From Laetmonice hystrix (taxonomy: Eukaryota), in assembly GCA_965235115.1 (NCBI GenBank), contig OZ249436.1:15688001-15752000 (forward strand): DNA of 64,000 bases. Reading direction: 5' to 3'. The notes beneath the pieces are model-generated. The model made no database searches. It had not been told where the DNA came from and saw nothing but the letters and a program-made list of their open reading frames with translations. Every line of letters begins with the position of its first letter. The first letter of the stretch is position 1. A program made the position numbers and the translations under genes. Shown in pieces: positions 38,636-53,110 of the stretch.

Positions 38636-41104
38636 AGATAAACCTGGAAATGGTTGGACAGACTTGTACCAAATTTTGTGTCGGACCAGATGGACCAGAT
38701 GGTAAGTTACCTTTCGTTCCCATCGGTTCCCATCGGTTCAAGATGCCGTTGTGCCTCTCTCCTGTTTGTCACCATGACCTCACCCACATCCTTGGTGATG
38801 GCCTTCATCATTATCATCTTTATTCTACAACATAAAATACGCCTTTGTGTAATTATAGCACGAAAATTTCCACATGAATGATTTCGGTTCTGGGCCCAAT
38901 TTAAGTTCAGGTGCTCAGCCAGTTTTGGTTCACTATTCCACAGTATCCCTGAAGTGTTAAGAGGGCGCTGGTCGATAAACTGGTCCCGGTTGGGGATGTG
39001 ACTCCATCGAGGCGCATCCTCACCGGGTTTTGCCGTTAAGTGCATGGCGGGTGCCGAAGTACATCACTTGATAGCGTTCTCCTCCGACTAGCATGACTAA
39101 TCAGACAATGTTGGTGAATCTTTACGAAAAAAATGGTGCCATATTTTTATTCTTTCTATAGGTGAGTGAGTAAATTGAGCTAGGTTTTATGACTTGTCGA
39201 GTTGATATGCAAAATTGGTATTTCAGTGGTCAAACGATGGCGATTAGCGCACGTGATATCGCCTGAACTCATCGGTTATGCATCGCTAATGTATCGCTTA
39301 TCTGTCGCCTATGTGGATAAGGCCCTTAATATTCATGATGGCATTAATGCACATTATAAAACGTAATATACCCCGGTGAAGTGATACCGCACACTCATGA
39401 CGTCATTCCTGAGCTGTCAAAAGCATGCTCGCAGCGTCCAATAAAGTGGTTGAAATTGGAGAGCCGAGTGGAAAAAGGTGCCGAGAGTGGAGTCCTCCAA
39501 GATTCTAAGATTGACTTCCTAAAGTTCTGTGTGCATGATATCTGTAGAGACCTTAACTATTCATTGATACCGTTATTTACCTCGTTTAATTAGCTTTCCT
39601 AATGATAATAAGAGGTAAAATCGGAGGTTCTTCCCCAAACCACATAACCGCTATCGTAGTGCTGCTTCCGTAATCAGACCAAGAACTTTCCTACCCCCCC
39701 CCCACCCCATCGTATACATCTTTAGTGAATTCGAGTTATCGAAAGTTATCTTAGGCTACAGGGTTGCTTTTATACATGTACAAGTTTTGACCAAAGAAAA
39801 AACTACCTACATGATCACATACCTCCCTTCCATGAGATTCTGAATGTGATCTGCAGTCAATTAAAATCAGGCCTCAACATCTCTAAGCGTTATTATATGA
39901 CTTCAGGATACTTACGCCACTGCAGGTCTTCAATTACACTTTAACATTTAAGAAATGTGCAAGACTGGCAATTCATTTTGCAATATTGAGTTTATGTGAT
40001 ATTCTCCTTTATCTTTCACGATTAGAAACGGTGAAGATAAGTGCTGGTAGAGAACCCCCCTAACCCCACCCCACCCAACTCACCCGCCTGGTGTGGGCAG
40101 CAATCAGCGCCCACACCAGGCCAAGGGAAGGCACTGAAAGGCGCGGGGATCAGCTCTAGTTGAAAATCGTATTCAGGAGAAAAATCGCTTTACCTGCTGT
40201 GATTGGTCAATTCTCCTTACATTTTCAGACGACACACGATTATCAGTAAATATAGATAGCCCTGTGCACGGAAAGAGTAATTACTGAGAGCTTGGATGTT
40301 ATAATCCAAGCCAACAGCCGTGCGCCTCCATCTCTGATTATGAAACCATTATTATGTTATATACATCGGGATTACGTCCGTTTTTAACACATCAAGCATA
40401 TCACCATTATAAGTTACATAGGTTATTCCCAATCTCAAACTCTCCTCATTGCACCGCGCAGTCCATGTGTGTGTGGTCGTACATTGGTGCTGAGACACCA
40501 ACAATGTGAAGATGTACAATATTAGCCAGTATATTTTTAGTGACAAGCTCCCACGAAGCCATGTCTGGTCTCTAACCGTCACTCAGATCAGTCTCCCCTC
40601 CGATCTTTCTATGATTATGATACATCCTGGAGTAGGCTTCATTAGACAAAAAATATGAGAAGAAAACGACTTAGGAAAGACGCACAACCACCAAGCCACC
40701 AGTACTCAGGTAGGTTGAACCCCCGTAAACGGAACCTCGTCATTTTACTTAATCCTATAGGATCATGCGGTGTTGGGCAATTCGGCCGAGATTCGTGTGC
40801 GTGCTTGCTTGCAGCAGTTGTACCATGTGATGACGTGGTGGGACCGCCAGGCTGGCGTACAGCCTTTATCAAATACCACGCCTGAGTAGTTCCCTGCCCA
40901 TGGCCGAGGCAATTAATAATGGGGGAAAATGAAAAATGCATTTCTTCTCTACATATATGTGGGACCTATCTGCATCCGACCCATCCCTCACCGATACTAG
41001 TGATGTCTTCTTCCTCCTTAAGTAATCGGGTTAGATTGCATTTTTAAACGAAGAAGGTTTTATTTACATTAGACCAGAGTCTCCTTCTCTTGAGATATAA
41101 TGCC

Positions 41105-41192
41105 TAATACACAGACAGGGCTTCTTGTTCATGCTAATACACAGACAGGGCTTCTTGTTCATGCTAATACACAGACAGGGCTTCTTGTTCAT
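41105..41192. repeat. 30-bp unit in three tandem copies
   Basis: ctaatacacagacagggcttcttgttcatg x3. Confidence 0.95.
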
Positions 41193-43528
41193 CGATTCCT
41201 GTCCTTCCGACAATGTTTGCCGACTGGCATTTGACCTTGCCAGGTTTTGTGTCGTATTACATTAGGCCTAGTTTGTTGTACACATATAGGCCTACTGTAT
41301 ATCAAAAGGCGTAGAGTGAGATGAAACAAAAAGGCCTGAATTCATAAACGGTCTAGTCTTACATGATTCTTATACATTCAGCTCTTTAGGGGACAAGGTT
41401 TTAGTTTGTGTGCAAGAAGGTCCCAACTCCGAGCAAGACATGTCTTTATTCTTAATATATTTGACACCATGAGTTCAACTCACCGTTGAACTCACCGTAT
41501 AGAAAAAATTGTCTCGTGGAGTTTGGCCCTTATTGAATTCCAAAAATGGGTCTAATTTATGTGTGTAAAAAGTTCGGCAAACAGTTATAGAGGACAAAAG
41601 AGGAGTCGAACGTGAGATGGAAGCGTTATTTCCAGAAAGGCCGAAAACCAGAAAAACGAATTTCGTGTCAATATGTACTCTTCCAAAGGAGTCTTTGAAA
41701 ACCCACAATTCCGACCTTGTCTTTGCTTAGCCATCTCTTCTGTACTAGTTCAATGACATGCACCACATCCAATGTCACCCGTCCGTCCACACACGCTAAG
41801 AGAGAATTATTGCTTACTTGTACACCAGATTTTAACAAGCCCCTTGGGACGATTAAAATTTCTTTTGTGAATTACACAGGTGAGACTAACCATGTAGCCT
41901 ACGTTGGATAAACACAGCAAATGATCTAATCACGCTTTATGAAATCTGACGGTTCTACGTTAATCTTGGAGAGATTAAGTAACAGATGTGAATGTCATAT
42001 ACTTTATAGATCGAGGATTAGGTACTGTAAAATTGAACCTGCATAGATTCTAAAATTAATTGTCGTAGTTTAGTATTTCTAATGGGCCTGGGTCAACCCA
42101 TCTCTAACGAGTGAGCGATAATAAACCGACACCACGGGCCTAGGCCAGTAAGAGACTTTGGCTCCCTATATACAAGAAATTAGTTTCTACCAGATTTTAA
42201 GCTAGATGTACACAAATAGAAGGAGCTGGTTGCCGAAAATTTTCCCTGACTACAATTTTCCTGGTCGATGCATGAGGCATTGTCTGAAGTCTTGCCCTGG
42301 TCTGAAGTCTTGCCCTGCGCCGTGACTCGATTCACAATATTGGTGGATGCGGGACTACGACATGACAAACCCTACTGGTGGTTTTACTGATTGTGCAACG
42401 ACAGGCGTATTAGTAACGTGATCATGTTTCTGGGTGTTCCTCGGGGTGACATCGTGGTTAACAACCCGAGAAACTAATCCCGAAATGACCCCAAGCGCTC
42501 CCTAGAGATCACATTACTGGCGCAGCCACAACCTCTGTCGCCTTCATAAAAAGGCACGCAACTCTTCATGAAATCTATGAATGAAGCGGCTCCTTCAAAA
42601 GGTCGCCACCATTCAAGGGTTGGGGATGTCCTATGCTCTGAGTATTTTGGTACAAATAGATAGTGAATGGATGCCGGGGATCTTTTGTGATGTCTACAAT
42701 TCGACATCATGTAGATGCACTTGTTCGGGTCCTATTTCATAACGTGGCGAAAGTTATTCTGAAGTGGAGAATGGTCCGAATATAAGTTCACCCGATTAAA
42801 TTATCATTGTGCATTGCAACACAGCAAGGAGTGGTTCGATATGGTGGGGGTGGGGGTGGGGGGGGGGGGGGGTGGGTGTGTGTGTGTGTGTGTGTGGGGG
42901 GGGTTAACGGAAATAATTGAAACATATCGGCATGAGTCCTGAAAGGCTTACACCGGGAATTTTACAGTGAGAAGGTATTAAACATTATCATCAAAATGAT
43001 ATAATCAAATGAAACAAAAAGTACAACAAAGGCTTCGGTTGGCACTTCTTTGCTTGCTTCCTTTTAACTGTACCAGTAACCCCAAGCCTTCTCTTAAATA
43101 GGTTAACAGTCTGATTGATAATTCATTTAAATTCCAGCGTGGCTTTAGTTTCGCGAATCTTGCCAACTTATCTTAATGCATTGTCCTGTTGGTAAGGCAG
43201 AATTGTTGTCCAGGGCTTTGGCACGCGTTCGCGCCTCCCAAAATACAGTTATACCTAGTTACGTTCGAATTGATTTACTAACGTTGCAGGACCCCGGGGG
43301 CAGGCGGGCTGCCACCAAACAACACAAATATTTTACACGAGGGCACGGCGGCCCCTGCCTGTGGCCTGCTCGTGGCCTGGCTGGATGAGTTCAGGACCTC
43401 GGATGTCTGGGCCCTCCTGTCTGCAGCCCGGCACTCTACATATTCTGGGCTCCTCATATACTCGATCCTGATCAGTCTGAATTAGCATGCACGAAGTTCC
43501 CGATCTAAAAAAAGCAGAGCGGACTTAA

Positions 43529-43920
43529 GGTCATGTGCGGCACCTCAAATCTCACACCATATCTCGTCATGTAGTAACCCAAGCCAAACCCATTACATAT
43601 CAATATAATGCATTTCAATACAAACAATAAGTATTTTTTTATTTAAAAAATGTTAAGAGAACTATATGTCACTGTAGTTACTTTTTTTTATTATAAGCCT
43701 AGATTATTATTATAGAAAGGTCTCAAAGGGATTCCTGTTAGGTACCTGTTAGGTACACTCAAATTAACAGCAACGTGCATTTCCTATAGACAGCCCACAC
43801 AAAAGTCAGCATGGTGACATGTGGATATTTTAACCTTTCTAAAATCAGAAACACTTGTTCTTCTTATCAAAATACATAATATTGATATGTAATGGGTTTG
43901 ACTTAGTGTAGCACATAACC
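43529..43920. mobile_element. TTAA-flanked Kolobok-like MITE
   Basis: TTAA|ggtcatgtgcggcac ... gtgtagcacataacc|TTAA; internal IR aaacccattacatatcaata / tattgatatgtaatgggttt. Confidence 0.8.
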
Positions 43921-45765
43921 TTAAAGCGACAGCCGTACCTTAGATTTAGTATCGTACGGTTAAAGACTGAAACATAGAGGATACTTTGCTACATGTAGTA
44001 TCCCACCTATACCATACTCAGAAAGACTTGCAAGCTTAAACCTGCCTACACTGCAATATAGAAGAGAAAGAGCTGACATTATACAACTGTTCAAGATCAG
44101 TCACGACATAGACCTAATACCATTCGGAGAGACTCCGAATCGGTGTTTTCACAGCAAGCAACGAGAACAGTACAAGTGTACTGCACAGCGGCAATTTCGA
44201 AATTATGTAACCTGAGGTAATGTCCACGTGACTTGGAAACTCTTCCTAGCCAACCTCGAGACACTGGTTCTGTCATTCTACCTTCAGTCGGCAATCAGGC
44301 CACAAACCTCCACCTTCCCCACCGCCAGCCTGGAAGTATTCGAATTGGTGCTTCGGGCCCAGGAAATACAATAAAGAAGTATGATCTTAAGACGCAACCT
44401 TGCAATAGCATAATTTCCTCATGTCCGCAGTGTCGGAGAGGATATTGTATGTCATTTCTCTTACACCTTTTTGGTAAAATGGAATCGAAGTTAAATGAAT
44501 TTTATATAGTGATAATCCAATAATTTAAGCGAAGTTAAATGAATTTATATAGTGATAATAAAATGTTTACGCTTTCCTCTGCCTGCGGCATCAGGGAGGA
44601 AACTTGTCCCTTGAGACGTGAAATGTTTCGTCACAGAAGTAGCAGGTGTAGAAAATAAAATTTCTACAAAACGGAATAACGAGTGGCGTCCTGTGAAAAA
44701 GTAAATTCCAGCAGAAGATGCGAAATTTGAAGCAGATGTTTCAACTTACTTTACCAACCAAGGCGCGAGGACAGAAGTACAAATATCAAATTCAGCAACC
44801 ATCGGGATTAGAAGGCAATTTTTCCCACACCGAATGACTGGGGCATGCAACCAGCTTAATCCTGTATCCTGTAACTGTCTCCGCCACAACAAGCAAGGAA
44901 GTGTATAAATCATCCAAGGCTGTTACGACTACCATTTCATATATTGACAATGGCCCACTGCCGCTTTTCCTATATTTCCTATTTCTCACCATGCGCATAC
45001 AAGTACAAAATGCTGATCCTGACTCCTGTGGGTACCCAGACTGAGAGAATGGGATTCGGCGCAAAATATCTATAAGACGGTCTCAATACGTCTTAGGGGT
45101 AATAAATGGCCTGTCATACGGTACATTCATAAGGTAGATGTCAATCAGGGGCCAGGCAGGTTCCTAGACAAACAAACAAATGAATGAATAGCTAGTAGAC
45201 GGATTTGTCCTCGTCAAGTACGATCGTCTGGGCACGTAACACCAACATAAGAATGTCGGCTCACTTCAATCGTAACATGTCTCAACTCCTCAAAATAAAT
45301 ATATTTCTCGTAACCCGTTTGTTTCGGCCAAAATATTAAACACTGCAAAGTCGTGAAACCTGATAAGGTGGACTTTCTGAAAGTTTCTTTATTTTAGAAT
45401 GTTGGTTTCAAGAAAGTATTGTGCCTTTCCCCGATGGCGTGAGGCGGGTACTGTTATCCGTCTCATGTGTACGCGTCCATGTTTATTGACGACCGTTCGA
45501 TAATAATACCACGGCAGTCAGGCTACCATCACATATAGCATGGTCCAACTGGCTCGGAATGATGAAGTTCCATTGGTGAGGTCCCACAGAGCATTCCCGT
45601 CCGACTACAGTCGTGTTTGTCGATCAATAATAACTGCAAGGCGGCCCTCATAAAATCACTTTGTGAAGAAAACAGTCACACCTCACCCAAGAAAAATTAT
45701 GTGGCCTCCATTTGTCAACAAAAGTATATCTGGCTTGGCCTGTGCCTCCTAAGAGTGTCTCCACA

Positions 45766-46108
45766 AAGGGGATCTACTAACAAAAAAATAGAAATTCTAA
45801 AAAGTATTCCTTTAGTCGAGGGGGCGAGAAAAAAGTGGCCATTTGGCACACATGTCAGTCTTAAGTTTTCCCTTCTTAACAATATAATAAAAGACCCGGA
45901 AAAAAGATAATTATGATAAAAAGATAATTCTGGTTTTCACTGTGTATGTGAACGCGAATTTCCAAGGGATAGGAAAACCGTGTACACCGTTTCAAAGTTA
46001 CTTATTTTTTAACAAGAGATCGACCAATTGTCTTTTTCCCCGATCCTTTATCCTTTTAGGGAAGAAAATCGGAATTTGGTACACGTATTTTCGTAGTGGA
46101 TCCCTTTA
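45766..46108. mobile_element. Probable degenerate TTAA-type MITE
   Basis: aaggggatctacta ... tagtggatccctTTAA imperfect TIR; left TTAA not conserved. Confidence 0.45.
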
Positions 46109-48163
46109 AATTAAAAAAATCCTACATTTGAACCCCCCCCCCCCCATGTAAACAAAATATTTAATGCCTGCGTATTGCCGAGCAGGTCGGTTGTCTGTAC
46201 TCCATCAGTTTCCTTCGATCGGTCGGATATTATTGCCAAGCCTGTTGTGGACAATCTTCTACTATTGACCAGATAATGATGACGTATGAGGCGACCAGTG
46301 ATTGGCCATGACGCGTGTAACCTGATGTTGGTGGGATTGACGTGCACCATTTGGAACGCCAAGTGCCGAGTCTGATGGTTCTAATTTTATGGGTTCATTT
46401 ATCAAAAACACAATCAACTAATCGAAACTTTATGACGCTGACGAGGAACAAGATGTAATTCTTTTATTATATCCTCCGTTCCAAGGATACAGTACACAAG
46501 GATACAGTACACAACTGTCATTATTATACTCCTTTACACAAATACTAATGATACTAAATTTTGTCGAACTTTAAAATGGTCTGTCCTGATACTGAATCAT
46601 TTGGACAGTTCTTATCTTATTGCATATGAGGATGCAAATTCTTCAGGTAAACATTGGAAGTGGCCCCGTCGACTATAGATGTCTTTCCTGTGCACTCATG
46701 ATGCTATTCGTTTGAAGCATTATATTTCCCAGTTGGTCGTGGTTTTGAAAAGACTTTCACTCACTGATGTGATTGTGCGCAGTATCATTTCCTCCGCTTG
46801 GGGCTCAGTTATAGTCGACTTCAATATTTATACAAACACGCTATTAAGGTTCTCGAATTGGCAATGTACGTCTAAAAATTACCAACGGTGTTTAGTCACT
46901 GAGAGGATGATCTTTTTTCAAATCACATACATAGTATTGATACATCTCCTCATCAAAGCGAAATAGTAAAATTTTAGAGCCAAAAGACCTGACAACTCAT
47001 AATGCTAGATGTAACCCTTATGAATATCTAGATCAATATCTTGCGAGCTACACGCGAACCGTGTCTGTGGACTGACACTTTCCCCAAGCCGTGCAGAAAG
47101 GTTGTCTCGGAGACCGAAACGTTTGTCCCCACTGATCCCAAATACGTAGCCGAACATTCTCCATGCCGAATACAAAAGTGGGACTTATAACTGGTAGGCA
47201 TGTCACTGCAGCCGGGCGGCTTGATTTCCATTATGGATCACTCCGCTGTGGATGGAATCGGGCTACCCGCGACTCGAGATAAGTAAATCTCTTTAATGTT
47301 ATAAAATCCTATTGACCGTCCTGACACCAGCAGATGGCCTTGTGGGATGGACCAATCTATACGTATAAATCCACAATGTTCGCATTACTTGAAATGATCT
47401 GGACGTTCTATATACATGCTGTGAACGACTAAAATATTGAATTCACCACATCCCAGCATTGGCATATAATGGCTTTTAAGACTGTACCATTAACTCAGTA
47501 TAAGAGGACATGTTACAGCGATACCCATGAGACATCTAGAGTTACTTTCGTCCTATAGTTAATTTTCTCGGAGTTCGCTTGTATAATTAAGTACAGGTAT
47601 AGGCCCGAGCAGCACCGTTCTCTTTTAGATTACCGATACTTAAAATGGCGCACATGTGGCTTATAAGGTGTGACAATATCAGTATTACTGAACTGAAGAT
47701 CGAAGGTGTTTTTTTTTCATTTCGTTATATTCACTATAGTGATCTCAGACGAATAGTCCATGTCTTCTCACACTACAGATAACTGGCGATGGGCGAAAGG
47801 CCCTGGGGCAGTCAAAATGTCTTTCTCCCCAGTGCGCAGAAAATCAATGAGTTAGATCAATCCTATTACCCGTCATATTTAGACAATTACCGTTATACCC
47901 ACTGCAAGGTGTAACTTGATAGATACTAATCGTAGCTTGATGTCGTCTAATGTTGCACTGTATAGTCACTGTAGTTTTCTGGGTAACAGGTCTAGATCAA
48001 CACTAGAAACTACAATGGTTAACATCTATAGATCCCGACCGCTTGCTAATTCACAATGTGCTGTGTAACAACCTTTAATGTAAATACGAGCTCGACGACA
48101 ACGTCGTGATCATTTATGATGGCTGTAGAAGTTGTACTAAGTCAGTTAACTGGCCTGCATCTT

Positions 48164-48199
<36 letters not shown>

Positions 48200-48238
48200 C
48201 TACTAGTAGTAGTAGTAGTAGTAGTAGTCGTAGTAGTA
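48164..48238. repeat. (TAG)n microsatellite
   Basis: Direct reading. Confidence 0.95.
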
Positions 48239-49662
48239 AACGTTGGGTAAAATCCACTAATGTTACTATCCCTATGTACTGCAATCGACATAATAGATCT
48301 CATATAAGACCGTGCGGAGGGTATAAATAGAACCAAACGGTCGTGCTTCAGTCCTCAACATTCTGTCGACACGAAGTGAACGGACGTCCCACCTCCACCC
48401 CGAAGTCTTCGTATTTGTATTATGTGAAATATACGTATTCCATCTAAGCTTATTTGGCCACATTCGCTGGGGTTTCCCAGCTGGATAGGGTTATGGGGAG
48501 GGTTACTCGGGGTCAGCGTCGCTGCCCAGGGGGGGGGGGGGAATAGGGTTGATTTCGGAGGGCATTCCGAGCTTTTTCTTTGGGGCCCATGTTGTCTTCA
48601 CCTAATTAGGCTAATCAGTATTCTATCAGACTCCTATGAGTTTTGACATAACTAGGCCTATATAACGACTTATGAAGGAGTAGTGTGTTATTATGTGGTG
48701 TAATTCATTATTCAACGTCATTGTAGAGTCCCTTCATAATTATGATAAAGGATCTGGTATAGAGTCCTCTTATAGGGGATCGACGGGTTACAATGCAAAT
48801 AAAATGTAACCTACAATACCATCCTCCTCTCCGAGCTTTGACTTCATAAAAATGATTTACAATAACGCTTATTTTAACATAAAGAACATAGCTATTAAAG
48901 ATACACAAACGCAATCTAATTTTCCACTCACATTTTGCCGTGTTCCTTAATGCATAGACCTTTTCATCCTTGACGCTATTTTACCTTGGAAGTCTATTCG
49001 CCAGTTATAGATACAATTTCAAAGGGTGCCATCTAGGTCTAACGGAATCATTCGCTACGAATGAAGTTGTTCTGTTTGTATTCTACCTCAAGCACAGAAC
49101 CGGCTGCATAGTGTATGATGGGAGTTTATTGCGTCAGCCAAAACGAGGCAGCTTTTAAATCTAGGTCACACGTGAACGGCATGGCCGTGGGGTATTCCCT
49201 GTACACCTATTGGCAAGCATGTCGCGTACAATATCAGGCCCCCTACTGGCGAAATCTGCAAAATCGTAACGACTTCTAAATCATAACAGAGCGAAATCCA
49301 TGGGGTTTAGGTGACAACATTGAGAAATGGTAGCATATACGGCAAGTTCTTGGACAACCGACAACCTCGGGGTTACCGAACTGCTGCAACCGAACCTCGT
49401 ACAACCAGTCATTCTCCAACAGACAATTGTATCCACAAACACGAGTTTCGGACCAAGTCCGCCCGTGGTTAACGTTGTTCTCAAAGTCGGATGTAATTGG
49501 GCTCTGTGGATGTCAGGCTGATTCCTACCGTGGGGAATCAGGCCACTTGGATATGGACGAAGTTAATCTTTCCATGGTCAGAACTGATCCGAAAGTACCA
49601 TTGGTACTGTGTTTTAATTACGCTGGAGATTAGCGGGGTCCTTGTTCTTACGGTACCTTTCA

Positions 49663-50658
49663 CTAGTTATCGAGAAGTGATTGATTGTTGACATCGACTT
49701 TCTCACACTTGGCCACTTCCACTGGGAACTTTTCCTCTGAGAGGGTGGTCAGTCGGGAAGGTGACATTCCTTTGTTTTTCCCCCGGGTGTTACACCGAGA
49801 GTCAAGATTGCTGTTGTTTCCGTTCGTGTGCTCAGATGGCTTCAGGGTTGTGTTGAGGCCGACCTCAGTGGCGTTATTATTTCCTGAAGAGGCAGGGATG
49901 GGGTTGAGTTGTGATCCTAGCCGTGGAGACGTGAGTATCAGAGCGTCCTCCCCCTTGCTCACGTCAAGGTCCGAGACGTCAGGGCCCCTGTCCTCGCCAC
50001 GTGGAGATCGAGGTGATCCACTTCCGTCATGTTCGTCACTGTAATTCACTGTAATATCTTGAGACTTGTGTTCCGCGGGTTGACCAACCTCGGCTGTGCT
50101 TTCACAAGGTATAACATAAACTCTCGTCTGGGGTTCGGAATTACCAGAAACCTTGTCGTGAGCCGCACTGCACTCCGAGGGCAATGTTTTATTTGATATC
50201 CGGAAAGGTATTTTAAATATTCTTCTTATTCTCTGAATTTTAGTTTCCGACTTTACTTCCTTATTTTCCAAATCAGACATGGTGTTTTGTGACTGGTATA
50301 AAACTGCAACTTCTAAGGCATCATCGGATCCTAATTCAAAGGCCAGTTTCACTCTGAGCAGATCTCGCGTCGTTTGACTACAATCACTGGCATTCTCTGG
50401 CGGTAGCTTCCGTTGGTGCCATCGGTCGAGAAGTTTGGCTACGACGAATCCAATGATGACAAACACGCTTAACCCCATGAGGGTGACCACTGGTTTGAAC
50501 TGGTTCTCTACCGTTTGTGTCCTCGTCTGAGGAGATTCTCCTGTTGACAGATTACCATTGCTGCTGGTCAGGGAGCCGGAATACACGGAGGGCAAGCGTA
50601 GAATGAGAACACAGCCTGTTGAGACGATCCAGGGTTTGTCTGCAGAATGATGATCCAT
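49663..50658 (-). CDS. Putative single-pass membrane protein of unknown function (331 aa)
   Basis: Longest ORF in the window, non-repetitive. Weakly hydrophobic N-terminus, short S/T-rich segment, TM helix VVTLMGLSVFVIIGFVVA followed by KLLDRWHQRK, long S/E/N-rich tail. No family recognised. Confidence 0.65.
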   Translation of the reverse strand: MDHHSADKPWIVSTGCVLILRLPSVYSGSLTSSNGNLSTGESPQTRTQTVENQFKPVVTLMGLSVFVIIGFVVAKLLDRWHQRKLPPENASDCSQTTRDLLRVKLAFELGSDDALEVAVLYQSQNTMSDLENKEVKSETKIQRIRRIFKIPFRISNKTLPSECSAAHDKVSGNSEPQTRVYVIPCESTAEVGQPAEHKSQDITVNYSDEHDGSGSPRSPRGEDRGPDVSDLDVSKGEDALILTSPRLGSQLNPIPASSGNNNATEVGLNTTLKPSEHTNGNNSNLDSRCNTRGKNKGMSPSRLTTLSEEKFPVEVAKCEKVDVNNQSLLDN

Positions 50659-51895
50659 GATTTGTCTGTAGCATGCATGCTAACAATCCTCATGCACCGG
50701 AAATAGAATGTGAAGTATTTCACATTCAGATACTAGATTTCACTACGTACATGGCGACCCCACTTGATAGAGATCAACCCCCAGTTGCTTCAGTTTACGA
50801 GGTTGCACGAAGTATATGGCAGGCCTTACTTAAATACCTGTAGCCTTCAGGATACCACGAACGGCGATATTCCGTGAAACATTTTGGTGAGAAAATACTT
50901 CTGCTCAGTCAGGCGGTCGTCAGTAGATGCTATTTTAACACGAGGCTCGCCCAATTGATCCAGGCTCCGATTAGATGTTATGTAAGTAGTTTCGCGCTTT
51001 TAACATGTTAGAATGATATTCGGAAACATGTTGAGTGCGATATTGACACAAGGTCTGTCTCAAGAAGGCATTTCTACTTCATATAGTTCCTGCGGACGAC
51101 ACATTGGATATCATTATTTAAAATACTTTCATGTTGATTTCCGGAGTGGAATTCGAAAATAAGTTTGGTTTGAGGATCAGTACACAGGCACTTGCTACTT
51201 GGGAATGCCAACAGCAATCAGCTGTAGGATAAAGCCGATTACACATAAAGTATTGTACCGCAGGTTTTAGGCGGTATTCGTAAGTGCCCATGAAAGGCGA
51301 TCAATAGGCGATACAATCAGAAGAAAAGGGAACCAAATGGGCGAACCGACTTACCTGTTCGCAAGCTACATCAAGGGTCGACTGAAGGAACGGATCTGAC
51401 GATAAGATACTTAGTACCTCCAAATTAACTCATGCGGCTTCAGACAAGCTTCGAGAAGGGGCCTACTAACCCCACGAGAATGACTATCATCAATCCCGCA
51501 TAATAGAAACCTGTTTTGGCCGCCTGTGTCAAACCATTTATAAAATATAAAACATTCTACTCTGATATAATGCCGTACATTTTGCGCTCTGGATGACAAA
51601 TGGATACATGATCCCACCCCCTAGCATATGGTTATGAAATAGACCCGACTAGCAATACATTTAGTTCCGTTTCAGATCACCGACTATCAGACAAAGGTGG
51701 GTTTTACTGCGTCTGTCATTATGTTGGACACTCGGCACACCGTTCGACCGACTTCGTCATGTCTCGGCTGTACGGCGAAGGTCGCCATGTTGGGGGGTGG
51801 GTGGCTAGGTCGGGATCAGTGGCCCGGATGTATACAACAGCAAACTGAAATTCCCACGGTGCCGCCGTGCCGAAAATAGAAAACTCCCCACTTAA

Positions 51896-52350
51896 AGTCG
51901 CATGCTAAAAACACGTTATGGAGGATTTCCGGCAATTATCCATCATGACCGTGTACTAGGGATCCACGTAAATAATCCTACCACAGCATTTTGTCCTTCG
52001 ACGTGTTTTCGCTGCGTATGCAGCACAAGTAGGTTCTATAAAGCAAAACGTAGGCCTATAGATTTCTCCCGATAGCACATCTCCCGCCATAATTTGGTAG
52101 ACAACCTCCCATCAACCCGTGTAATTGCGTACTGCGTCACATCCTGTGTGTGCACTCTCTGCATGTGCTTAGTCACGTGCTTCGCTTAGTTGTAAACAAT
52201 TCAGCAGTTGCATTTTCTATGCCTACTCGATCGTTCGACATCAGAATGCCACCCAAAAAATATTTTACGAAATCAGAGAAGCGGGCAAGGAAAGAAAGAT
52301 ACAGAAGTTGGAAAAGACAGCAAGTCAATCTCGGAAACCAAGGTAAGGGG
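51896..52350 (+). mobile_element. Longer copy of a Kolobok-like TTAA element (same family as 62699-63227); right end not defined
   Basis: TTAA|agtcgcatgcta start; ~390 bp closely similar to 62699-63080; continues into the short ORF MPPKKYFTKSEKRARKERYRSWKRQQVNLG. Confidence 0.7.
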
Positions 52351-53110
52351 TCGTTAGAATATCGGGTTTGCTCGCAGGTAAAGAAGAGGCTGTTTTGCCT
52401 CTGTGGTAGAAAATTCGAGAAGGATACGTTGAGAAGGATATGTTGAGAAATTAGATTTGAACTATGTGCCTGTGCGTAGGGGGAAGTTGGACTATTTACT
52501 GCTCATCTCTAGAGCGATGCCGCTTTACACGACTTTGTGCAAATCCTGGAGAAATAGCTGCTTCATACATCCGGGGCCTGGTTCGCCTTCGGATATTACC
52601 TACAAACAGCCAATCAGAAGCAGCGTCGGTGTTCCGAGTGATATGTTGGAGTGAAGTGAGACTATTTCAGGTCAAATTCATAATGTCGACGATGGATTCC
52701 ACTTTGACACTGAGGACTTGTTACAATATCAAACAAAATACAGTTTGATGAGCTCACTCACTATTTGAGGGTATTCCATGAATCAGGTTTCGAATCGGTC
52801 CCTGTGCTGACAATAATTGACCGACAGGCGGCGAGAGCAGTCTAAGCCCAAATGCACATAGTCGAAAAATTGAAATTAAAGGTGCAATTTGATGTCATTT
52901 GGTGCAATTTGGAGCGCAAAATGAGGTATTTAATGAAATGTCAAAAGTGACCAGCAAAACATTTTAAAAAGGCATGAAGGGGGTGGCTAGCCCCTGATTG
53001 TCGGTTGTAGAACCGATTTTCATAAGACCGGCCGATTTACGACCGATCGTGAGAACCACGGCCGGCTCTCCAAAAGTGGTAAAAATCGGCGTAGTAGATT
53101 TGGGCCTTAA

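Noticed and set aside
48106..48336. Poly-Ser / poly-Thr ORFs
   Set aside because: Translation of a (TAG)n microsatellite.
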